DNA of 64,000 bases from Bugula neritina. Its lineage: Eukaryota; Animalia; Bryozoa. The position numbers and the translations under genes were made by a program. Under the pieces are notes generated by a model that was not told where the DNA came from, did not search any database, and saw only the letters and a program-made list of their open reading frames with translations. Each line of letters starts with the position of its first letter. Position 1 is the stretch's first letter. The stretch spans positions 9,045,150 through 9,109,149 of the forward strand of contig OZ037772.1 of the NCBI GenBank assembly GCA_964035545.1. Direction: 5' to 3'. This document shows positions 1-12,200 of the stretch, piece after piece.

Positions 1-467
1 TGTATTATTATATTATATTATATATATATATATATTATAATAATATATTATACATTAATATAATATATATTATATATATATAATGTCATATATAATATAT
101 ATATATATATTATAATAATACATTATATATGATATTATTATATATATATAATATATATAATATAATATATAATATAATAATATATTATATATATAATATA
201 TATAATATAATATTATAATATATATATATATTATATATGATATTATTATATATATATATAATATATATATATAATATAATATTATAATATATATATATAT
301 ATTATATATGATATTATTATATATATATAATATATATTATATTAATGTATAATATATTATTATAATATATATATATATATAATATAATATATAATATAAT
401 AATACATAATATATTATTATAATATATATATATAATATAATATAATAATACATAATATATTATTATA

Positions 468-498
<31 letters not shown>

Positions 499-502
499 AC
501 AT
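1..502. repeat. Degenerate (TA)n/(TAA)n low-complexity tract
   Basis: Almost entirely A/T. Confidence 0.95.
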
Positions 503-854
503 GCCAAATATTTACTACAAATTTCAAAAATAGCATAAATTAAGTAGTATTACCGTGCCTATTGGCATCCAATTTACTAGTCTTACATTTATAGCAACTG
601 TAACGTATTTTGTGTAAAATGGTTATTGCAAGTATTATTCAATCCATATTCACGTTGTAACCACAGCGAAGCTTAAACTTTATAGCTTTGTATTTACGTG
701 CATGATTGAGTTTTAATTTTTTTTTAAATTTTATATGCATTGAAAATATATTTAAAAACTTTACCAATAAACCAAATTAAAAAAAATGGACACATAAAAT
801 AAAAAAAAAATAAAATCCCAAAAGTGGCAAAATTTTTCCTTTATAACTTATATA

Positions 855-1441
855 AACTAGCGGTACCGATAGCGGCATTATGATTTTTCATGGTTTAAAG
901 TCAACACTCCTAAATATACCACACCGAGCAAAATCAGAAGGAGAAAATGGCAAAACAGGAATGGTTGACATAGAGGAGTTTCCTGTCTATCGAGATCTGC
1001 AGCGAGATTGTACAATGCTGGAGTTGCTTCCCCTTTTGCAAGTTCTACATATTATAAAAGTTTACTAAATGTTTCTAGGTCACCCGCCTGTAAGGTCAAG
1101 GTCGAATAAAAAGACATTCGGTTTTTTTCAATTACTACCCACTGCTGTAGAACTACTAATACTTTATGTTTTAAAAATTGATGGTAATTTTTCGCTTAGT
1201 AAAATGAGGTCAGTTCCTGGCAACAGATAAATTTTTATACCTCTTTTTCATGAGAGCGAGCGACCTAGCCCAGATCGATTTGCTTCGGATCGAACTTTGA
1301 CCTATGCCCCGAACTCGTCTCCGATTGGCTGCAGCCGCTGGTACAGGAAACTCATACGCTGGTACAGAAACTCATACGCTGGTACAGAAACTCATACGCA
1401 CTCGCAGAAACAACTTTCAAGGTAGCTAGTAGTATACCTAG
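855..1441. mobile_element. Possible non-autonomous Helitron-like element with an internal 20-bp tandem repeat
   Basis: ACTAG end with adjacent imperfect palindrome CTAGCGGTACCGATAG; 3 x GCTGGTACAGAAACTCATAC at 1337-1399. Single copy in the window, so the boundaries are uncertain. Confidence 0.35.
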
Positions 1442-3615
1442 AATTCTGAACAGTTCGGGATGTAAGTTCCCAATACATAATATACATCAGTTCTGCGCAG
1501 GTTTACGAAGGTGGAGGAAATATATTCTTCAGACGTTGATTCCACCTGGTTGAGAGATGAACCAGGTCAGATGTAGACTAGTTCACAGAACCATATGTAT
1601 ATTCCAGAAACCACAGTTCTGGTGTTACAGCAATCACCAATCCTAGACTCAATAGTGTAGTTACTTTTCAACTTAGTGGAATACATTTAAAAAACCGTTC
1701 GTACTAATAGACTGCCACCTTGGTTCGAAGGTTTCAAAAATTGGGGTTTGTCATTTTCAAAATTATTTTGTCATGTGAAATAAGCAACTACGTGTCTACT
1801 ACATCATCGGAGGAGTCTTACTAAACCAAATTAACATTACCATACAATAAAAAAAGAGAATAGAAGAATCCTGATTCGTCTTAAAAAATCATTCTATTAA
1901 GATTTCAATTATGTTTCAGTTTTTTACAATAATAATATCATGATTCTAGTATTTAGTTGAGACTTTGCATAGTATTCTGTTCAATAAATTGTTGACTACT
2001 CCCTTTATAAGACTTTTTTTACAAAATATAAATACAATTAAATAATAGCTCAGTAGTTTGGTAAGTGACACCAAATTTTTCTAAGAGTCAAGGTTATTTA
2101 CTGTCTCATCCGTGACAACTTGAAACCAATAAGTTTGTCATATTTCAATTTGATATATTTTATTGGACTATCTGAACTTGTAATACAACAGCAGGTTGTA
2201 AAATATTCAGCAGTAAGACTGAAAAGAACTCAAAACAACTAACTCTATCACTATCAGTGACCCAGTGACTGAGTCACACTAGCAACTGAGTGACTAAAAA
2301 TACAATTACACAACATATCCCAACACTCAGCCTTCCTAGATCAAGTACAATGTAATCATTAGTGCATATTTTTATTACTAGTTAGATTATGGTGATTCAA
2401 AATGAGATGAAAATTATCAATGTGATTGAAAGAATTCTGTTGACTATGAAATGTGTTGAATACTACTATCTTCATGAATATTAGCATGAGCATCCAGTTC
2501 AGTTTTACTGTGTTTATCATAATGATAATGGGAATCACTCATCAAATCAGGGTGAATAGGTCTCCTAATATAAGAGACGGATTCTGATTTATATGAGTCT
2601 TCGTTATTAGAGCAAATATGCAAGTTTTTTTTTTATATATTTGGTCAAAAGTGAAAGAAAAAAGTATATATAACAGAAAAAGGAAAATATCAATGACAAG
2701 GATCTATGGCGCAATAGTGCTGCAAAGAGTTACAACAGATTATTGACATTAGTTGAGATTTGAACTTGTTTTAAATAATGTTTCATTTTAACGACATTTT
2801 CTGATGTAAATCAATACGCTGACAGCATTCTGAATAGTAGATTTAATTAACTATTTCAGCAGCAGGTAATGAAAAGCTGTTTTAAATACATTTGCTTCTG
2901 CAGAAAATAAAAGAAACGTATTAGTTTGAAAGGCCAGCTGCCTGAATTATTAATGCTGTAAGTTAAATGTATTACATTTGCAGTTCAAGGAACTCAACGC
3001 ACGCGAACTAACCACATACCGTCCTGAACTAACTATATACTGTCCTACGAGGTATAGCTTAGTAATGGCGATTATTTACTCAAAATTGAAACTTATCTTA
3101 GCTATAATCTACATCTTGAAGGTCGGATGCTCAAACAACTTTGTTTTATAATAAATTGTTTTATAATATACAAAACTAATACTAGGTATAGCTGACTTTT
3201 ACTGCACGATATTCTAAGCTGCTGAAACACGTAGTGGATTTGCCTAATCACAGAAAACTTAAACTTTTACCTAATAAAAAGCACCTCAACTATATTTAAC
3301 TGTCAAACTAATAAGTTTGCAAATACTCATGTCTAAATCCACCATTACAAAAGGGGCAGTGGTAACATCTGCATATGAGAACGGTGTTTTTGCGAATCCA
3401 GACTGTAATTACGTAACTCGAGTCTCACAACTAGTAATTAAGTAGCCGTTAGTAACACTCGTGGGGATGAGAACTTTCTCAAGATTCTCGCACCAATATT
3501 GCTATATACTCAGACTAAGACAAATCAATATTTGTGTCATAATAAAGGAGTAATGTGCTAATGAGGTGCCGATATTTCCAGTCACAACACCCAAATAACC
3601 ACAGCAGGTGGCAAG

Positions 3616-3982
3616 GGTTTCATCCCAGTTAGACGACATTTTTATTTTGGTACAATCTGTAGTTCTGTACTTGCATATAATATATACCTATTTAACTGTT
3701 GAATTGATTGCAAAAGATGGAATAGTTGATAAGAATTATTTGGAATAATAATATTCTAATTTCCCCTGAAATATGTTTTTTTCAAAAAGCAAGTATAGAA
3801 AATGCAAAATTAATAAGTTAATGCAAATTAACGGAACTTATTTATGTGCTAAATAGCGAACAATTGATCCAAATTTATTTAAATATACATATATTTCAAT
3901 AATATTCAAATAAATTGATCATAAAATAAATATAATTATATTGCACTGAAATAAATAAATAGCGTCTAACTGGGATGACACC
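3616..3982. mobile_element. MITE with 20-bp TIRs
   Basis: GGTTTCATCCCAGTTAGACG versus CGTCTAACTGGGATGACACC (19/20 inverted match), AT-rich interior. Confidence 0.75.
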
Positions 3983-4153
3983 ATGGAAAGTAGTAACTAA
4001 TCAGGTACAACTTTCAGGAGTTGTACTCTCTTTATAACACCTAAGGTAGATTTCCAACATATAACTTATATTTCCCAATAACATAGGACATGTAAAACCC
4101 TTTAGTAAAGAGAATTTTGAATATGATGAAATTTAGTTCATTGGCTGGAACTG

Positions 4154-4304
4154 AATGTTTCCACAAGCAGCTTCCAGTTGGTGGTGAAGGATGATTTTAA
4201 TTGGGGGGGGGGGTCTGCTGTTAGAAGTTATGTCTCCAACTCCAAACCCCCCTTAAACTACTGCAATCATTCATCACCAACTTCGAGTTGCTTATAGAAC
4301 CATT
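4154..4304. mobile_element. Fold-back MITE family B, copy 1
   Basis: About 150 bp, ends GCTTATAGAACCATT; similar to 32152-32305 and 56299-56443. Confidence 0.7.
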
Positions 4305-5667
4305 CGCCATGTGCGCAAATCAATCATTTGCTGTATTTGAGCAGCAGAGTTACTGTTTTGCCATCCCCTGCCCGTTTTTCCGCCAAATGCTGGTTTTTAG
4401 TAATAAAAAGCATCACTTGTACTTATTATAATTACCAGAATCAGGAATGCAAATAGGTTATGAATTTTAAACTATTCGAAATGATCTTATCTAAAGTTGA
4501 CACTGATCTCTACAGCGGAGAGAAAAAGTAGGGCAACTCCCTAGGAAAAACTACATTACTTTTTATTATCGTACAATATTATTTTTCTTCAACATAATGA
4601 AGCAAAAATCTATAAACTAATATTGATAATATATAGATCAATAGGCCTTATATATATTTACTGCACCACTTAATAGCTATCAACTATAGAATGACATAAT
4701 GTTACATATGCTATTCTCCAAAATTTCGACACAACCAGCTCAATAATATGTGGAATAGAGCAGAATATTTTAATCAAAAGAACATAACTCCTACACCTAA
4801 CAGATTGAAATAATTGTTACTATCTTTAGTAGTCAACATCAAACATCGCCTGGGGCTGCATCTAACATTTACTGTCAGTTCCATTTACTAACACTCCCTT
4901 TGATATTACAAGTCTAGTTATAGATACAAAGTTCAAGGTTAACGCTGGAATAAAGTTCAATATGAGCTAAAAGTACAAAGAATAATACTCTTGGAACATT
5001 TCTTGGTAAAAGGTTTAAAATACAGCAACGGGAGGAAATAACTCCACTTTTGTTTTGTCACATAAATAAAATATGCCAATTGAATTATTAGCTTTTCTGT
5101 ACAAGATATGGATCAAAAGATTAAGTTTAATTGAATTGCAGAAGTGCGAAGGTGGCAGTTGATTTAATATAAGGCAGTATACGTGCAACTTTATCTCGTC
5201 CAATAGAAACACACAAACCAATTCATTTTCTGAAGTTTGCATCAACATGAATATGAAAATATCATCAAATATGTTAACACAGTGACATGTGTAGACCTCC
5301 AATAATTTAGAATATTAATATCATTGACAAATTTATTTATATCAAAATTGTTATTAGCATAGCTGAGCCCATATACTCTATAGAGTTCCGTTATTGAAAT
5401 ATACTTTCAGAGATTGTATTAAAATTGTTTTTACAACTTAAATGAGAAAAATTACTTCTTGAAAATTAAAAAATGAAGCTGTTTACAATCCTGCTTTGCA
5501 ACAGCATTGTCAACTACAGCCCCTCAACTAAGCCTATGATATAATCAAAAGTTAAATGCATTATCTGCTGCTACTTCAGTGTACCTAACTTCAGCCAATT
5601 ACAACCTCTTTCTACATACAGATTAGGAGAGCCTGTGAAATCAGAATGGTTTTAAGCCTAATAGCTA

Positions 5668-5851
5668 CAGTGCTCTCTCCGTATCCCACAAAGTCTGAAA
5701 CTCCAATTCATGACATAGTAGAATACCAGATTTAACTCGGGGATTTGTCAAAATTTGTCCCTATACATGTGCATAAGCCACAAAACAGGGGTCCAAGCCC
5801 TTCTGGTGATCTGTGGAGATTAGTAATCCGTGAGATATGGAGGGAGCATTG
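5668..5851. mobile_element. MITE family A (TA TSD, TIR CAGTGCTCCCTCCGTATCTCAC), copy 1
   Basis: TIRs and TA flanks; the internal sequence is shared with four other copies. Confidence 0.85.
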
Positions 5852-6796
5852 TATTTTGAATCCCAACGAAAACTTACACACACTCTGATACATCAGAAAA
5901 TGCAACTTTTTCCACCATTTTGTGACTAGAAAAACACACAAGTGAACAAAAGTTCTGGAAGTTTGAACCCTACCAATTCTATGACTTTCAACACTCGAAC
6001 AGCATACTATTTGAACCTGGCTTCTATTTTCAGTCTTTACATGGCAAACTTGCGGGAAGATATATTTTACTTTTTAAAAAGGAAATCATTGAGCTAACAC
6101 CTTGAAAACAGTTTGGCAGGCAAATACACCAGTAAACCACCAAATTGTATTGACAATTGCTAAATATGTATAGGACAGTATAATGTATTGTGAGTAGTGA
6201 CATAACCCTGCAATGTATATTACTATAACATATAAATCTCTATAATATTCAATAGTATAATATATGTTGCTCTAATATACAATAACATAATATATATTAC
6301 TATGATAGATGTTGCTCTGATATACAATACTATAATATACATAACACTATAATATATAATACTATAATATATAACACAATGTAACTTTATGGTAATGTAG
6401 CTTCACAAATGCTATATTAGGAAGTCTTCACATCGGCTTGTTTTGTGGTTTAATACTATATTTGTTACATTCAGTTATCAGGTTAAAACGTTCATATGGG
6501 AAGGAGAGGCATTCATAATGGAGTAAGATATTCATGTTTAAAAGAATGGTTTAAAACCAAGTTTGGATATCTACACAATGTTATATATAAATGTAAAGTA
6601 TACAATATCGATCCTATGATATAATTTATCCAAAAGGCATTTTATTTAATACCCTCTAATGACACGTCACATGACCATGCCACATGACCTACGAACTTGA
6701 CCAATCAAGAAGCAACGACACAACTTTATCAGAATTGACTAAATATCCCGTAGAAAAGACAACACCGAAAACCAAAATTAAAAGTAGAAAACTTAC

Positions 6797-6904
6797 GGAA
6801 TCAAACTCCTCAGACACAGGCAGTGGTTCACTGCGCCGCCTCTTTCTGGCAGCATACACAGTTTTAAGTTTTTTGTAACTCATTTTCCACAGTCTGTCAG
6901 CCAT
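6797..6904 (-). CDS. Candidate further (or alternative first) exon of the same locus
   Basis: 108-nt open exon MADRLWKMSYKKLKTVYAARKRRRSEPLPVSEEFDS with a strong GTAAGT donor and phase 0. The acceptor is weak and the exon starts with ATG. Confidence 0.45.
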
Positions 6905-9292
6905 CTAATCCATTTAATATCCACAAGTCAGCCAAAAAATAAACTCAACAAAAATCAGCTTGAAGTGAAATTGCGCCTAGAAAGTGGTTTTCGGAATCTC
7001 TGATTTAGTGTCAGCAAAATAGAGAGAGACGTGTTTAAGACAGCAGAGTTCCAATAAATCTATAGATATGCCAAGGGAAGAGTTTATACATGGTTCGTTT
7101 CCGAAGGGGTAGTAATTTTTATAACAACGTAAATCTAGTTAATGATTTACGTCTGCAGAGTTAAAAATAGCACAGCAGCAAGCTGCCTTGTTTAGCATGA
7201 GAGGGCCAGGTTTTTAGACTGGTAATTAAGGGTGCTTCTTGGCGCGTCCCAATTAGTGGCTAGGGAACTTTGGCTATAGATGTGATAATTAAGATTGCTT
7301 TAAGATGAAGGAACACATAGAGTAGCTGCTAATTTGCAAGCTTGAATAAGCAGACGAGAGAATTCTTATCACAAGGAGAACATACTTTCACATCTAAATA
7401 CTAAATAAATAAATACTAATTAGGAACACCTTTTTTATTGAATTTCCACATACTATTTGTCTCAGTTTTATTGTACAGGTAAAAAGGGGCAGTCCTTACA
7501 GCATGATCATAATAACTAGCAAAATATTGAATTAATTCAATTATTACTATACATGTATCCTTAACTAACTGCTTAACTTTTTGCTTATTAGATTATTTTT
7601 ATAAAAATGGTAAATAGAGATAAATTTCAGTGTAAAAGAAAACACAAACTTATTAAAGTAGTTCATGAGCTACATGTTTGTGTCAAGTTTACATTTTGCA
7701 AATACTAGTAAAAACAAAAATTTTACAAAATAGTGGAAAGCTCTTGAAAATATTATTTGGATCATGGGAAGATTTGTTTAAAAATCTATTTAATCTTATG
7801 CCGTTACAAAAATAATTTTTATTCCGCTCACTGCCTAGTCAATATTTGTTTCCGCTCAGAACATGTTGGCAGGTCTGTAGTCTATTATATTGTACACGTG
7901 TTGGCAGGTGTGTGGCAGGTGTTAGCATGTACTTCCTCAACTGGCCAATTACCATGGTCATCTTATTTAAGGGCCTAATTTTAGAACAGAAAGGGGAAGG
8001 AGATTTGTAAATAAACAATGCCTCCCCAATTACTTCAGCAATTCAGAATTTGCTTCAACTAAACTGGAAAACTGACTGCAACCATAAAGTTGGTCGAAAG
8101 GTCTGAAGGAAATTGCATAATAGTTGCACTGGCACACAATGAGGTGTATAATGGTAATGAACTGAATTGATGGCCTAGGTATATCGTAGGAAGTTTTATG
8201 GTGTAGTAGTGCAGAAGCGCACATTTTATGCAAGAAAATCGCTGAACCTATCTATTACCTGTTGAATTTTTTTTATAATTATTTATATATATGAGCATAA
8301 TAGCAATGTAAAATACACTAAAAGTTCAACCAGAATGACAATTTTTATAACCATGAAACAATAAATGTGCCTTGATTACAAAATTAATAAAACCCGGTTA
8401 ATCAAAGAGCCTCATATACTTGCATTTGACACTTGTCTGTGCACATGCCAAGAACCTGCAAGCACCTTGCAATAGGCAATTACATGCAGATTGCAGCCAC
8501 TGACAGGAGCTGCAGGCAATAATGTGTAGTAATTCACTTCTGACATCACATAGAAGTGCACATTGGGATATGAAGTAGTGAGAGCAATAGAATAGCTATT
8601 ACCACAGCCTACTCAACTGAAGAGTGTATATTCCACTCAGTGAGCTTTATTACAAGTGAGATTAGGAGGTCATATAAATGTCAATCTACCCCACAATACA
8701 TCTATTAGATAAGTTTCCCATCAGATAACAAACTCAATATCCTTAACACTACGTGGTGGGGGGGGAGGGACATTCAATGATATATAAATTTTGGAAAAAA
8801 ATTCCTTCAACAAGAAAAATATACAAATAATTAAATCAAAATCTAACCTCGATAAATATAAAACTTAATTGTCAACTACGGCAAGGCTCATGATATTAAT
8901 CTAAAGCACTCAAAGTTGTACACAGCTTAAAGAAATTAGACAAATGTAATATTCAATAATGGAAAGCATTATGTTGAATTATTCTTTAATATATACAGCA
9001 TATATATAGAAATTTCAATGTTATACATGTCACAGCAAAACACAGTGATTGCGTTCAGAGGCTGATAATAAAAATAATAAGGCAGCGAAATTGTGTTGAT
9101 ATAATAGGAATTATCTGCCCATCAACTACTTGAAATGCAAACCAACTTCAATGTGCAAAAACAAGCTGCAGAGCAATAGCCAATAGTAGACTGAAATGTG
9201 CAACACTGACCAATCAAATGTATGGACACAAAATGAGCAACACAAATCAAGAGTGCCACAGCCAATCACACGAGCTGTAGCAAATAACTTAC

Positions 9293-12200
9293 TTCATCTA
9301 ACAGAGTGCTATGCCAAAACGGCAGCTAAGAACATTAGAGTGTTAAGGTTAGTAGAAAACATAATAGCATTAGTATAATAATGTACTAACACAGGGTTCA
9401 ACATTTAGCAGAGTTTTAGTGTAATAACATGGGTTTGTAAATGTGCTCAGCTTGGCTATAAACTCTATAACTATAAAGTTGCATGAAACAATATATAATA
9501 GTATGCTAGACATTAGGGAGCAGCCGTGGTCTAGAGGTTAGAGTGTTTGCTTTGTGAACACAAAGTCATGGGTTCGAACCCCAGTAAAGACCACTGGTGG
9601 TGTTAGGAAAAGCATCCAGTCATAATTGCTCCTGTGCCTCATCTGAATAAGTCCTTAGTTCGCTTTAACAAAAAAAGTTTCCTTCAGGGGTTCTCACAGG
9701 GATAGTAACTTTCGTGGGTTTTATAGACATTAATGATTCCAATAACCTTTAAAATATGTCAGCATCATGCATTGATAAAATTGCTATTAGACTGAGATCT
9801 GACATACCTGGTCAGAAAGACTGTGCTCTGTAGGGGCCGTGTGACGTACCAGCCTATCTCTGAGCAGACCTTTCCACACCAGCTTAGTCTCCAAGTCTAG
9901 ACACACCATTGTCAGGGTACACAACTTCTGATCAGGCATTGGCATGTAGTGGAGCTTTATTTCAAACACTGCAAGTAGTTGAAAAGTGGACGACTCCAAA
10001 AATAATAAAAAAGTGCTAAATCTTTAACTAGGTTTGAAATTTAATGTGTGCATGGTGTGCGTGTTGGTGTCTGTGTGAGTGTGTGTTAGTGTTTTTGTGT
10101 GCGAGTGCATTTTTGCGTGTGTAAATATTCAGTAGCCAATCTACTGAATTAAAGTCCTACTAGTTAAATTAGGTTTCCAACCTCCGTCGCTGCCTTCAGC
10201 GCCATAATCCACGTCTATGATGTCACACAGGTTCACAGGGTCCATAGTAACCGCCAGCTTGCTGTCTCTCCAACCTCGTTGCCTAGCAACTAGTATGATA
10301 TCACTGAAGAGATAGGCTACCAGCTGAAACAGTTAACAGGATATGATGTAATAGTTTTTCTTCAAATTGAGGCGCCCGCAAGGTCAATGGCGAAACATGA
10401 AAAACAAATTTAAATGTCATATTTTATTAAAATAATTATTTTGCAAGTTGATTTAGACTTGGGTGGCTTTTTAAAATAAAGTCAAAATAAATTGGCATGC
10501 ATCATTTGTGTGTTTAACCACATTCAGGTTGAAGCAAGACTGAATCGTAGACTTTACATAAAATGCATCAGTCAACAGTTGCTTAAGTGAAATACTCTTA
10601 CTTTTTAAGCATTAATACTGAGAAAAGCAGGTACAAGGCGGTGAAAAAAAAACGAAAAGAAACGCCTAAATCATGCCAAAAATGTCTAAAACAGTTGTTA
10701 AAGCAATGCCATCAAACAACTTGGTTTCTCAAAAAGAAGTGAACAAAACATTGCTTAGTTTGCTCCTGAGTTACACCTTTGATGTTCTGATACTTGACCC
10801 CTGACTGACCTTGTGCTTCACCCCAATGACCTTCACCTCACTCCAGTAGATTTTATGTCTGTTCGGCTCACACAGCGTGAATTCCTGTGAATGAAATAGA
10901 GAACATTGAGAATTAGCTTGTTGAACAAAATTATTAAAACATTTAGGGGTAGTTATTCCACACCCCACATCAAAATGAGTTTTAGCCAAAATAAAATCAT
11001 GCTAAAATCATTCTGGTTTATTAGTAAATCAGATATTCACTGTGTTTCCACAAATGGATTCTCTCACGAATTAATTTGTGGTTGCAGTTTACATGAACTT
11101 ATGACTGTGGTTTCATTCACTGTTTTCAAACATCGAATGGAAAATCCATTCGCAATGCAAAGCCTGGAAATGTAGTAACTAAGTTTACAGACGAATAGCA
11201 GCATCTTACTTTAACATGAGGGGGGAACTCCAGCCTCTCTTCTATCTCCGCAACTTCCGGATCAAGAGGACCCGCCTTGGACTTTGCAGGTGACTGGAAC
11301 TGAGGCAGTGAGACTTGAGAGTAGTTTTCTATGAGCTCACAACATTCCTGTAACTCTAAAAATAGCATATAATATGCCGTAATACAATATTACATAATAT
11401 GCTGTAATACACTATATATTATATAATATGCTGTATTACAATATTATATAATATGCTGTAATACAATATATATTAACATAACCCATGTGACATATATTGA
11501 ATACATTATTATTAAATTTAATATGATGTAATAAAATATTATATAATAATACAGTGCTCCCTCTATATCTCACGGTACTATTTCTCACGAAATTCCATAG
11601 GGCACAAGAAGGACTTAGACCTCACTTTGTGGTTACGTATGTGTGTATAGAGACACTTTACCACAACCATGAGTTGAATCTAGTATTTTTTTCTGTATGA
11701 GGAGTTGAGGTTTTGGGACCCGCAGTTTAGTGAGATATGGAGGGAGTACTGTATTACACATGTGACATATATTGAATGTACTATTATTATACATGAATTT
11801 GTATTCTTATATCTAATATAATACTATTTGTCAGCAAATAAAAGTGATGCACACATTTTAATTGAAATCTTTACAAAAGTATCATATTTGAACTTTCAAA
11901 AAATATTCATGCTTGGAATCGATATATCTATAAATATGGCAGTAAGAGTTTGGGTAAGATTTGTAAATGTTAGTGAATATATTTTAAATGGTTGTTTTAA
12001 AATAGACTGTGCTTCCAATAACATGATTTTGTGTAAGCCATTACTTACCTGTATAGACAATTTTAAATATTGCTAATATATATGATACTTCATATAACAT
12101 ATTGAGATTAATTTCTTTAAAAACTTTTACATGTGAGTAGAGCTTAAACAGGCAAGGGAAGATAAATCTGAATAATTGTGCAGATAACAGGAGATAATAA

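Noticed and set aside
1501-1566. Plus-strand exon-like segment (FTKVEEIYSSDVDSTWLRDEP) with AG/GT ends
   Set aside because: Isolated, with no partner exons or recognisable domain.
8033-8103. Possible terminal exon of the PsGEF-like gene (TFRPTLWLQSVFQFS*)
   Set aside because: Plausible acceptor but no homology support; cannot be chosen over other candidates.
9516-9590. tRNA gene
   Set aside because: A and B boxes are present but there is no proper acceptor stem; it continues into a SINE body with a TSD.
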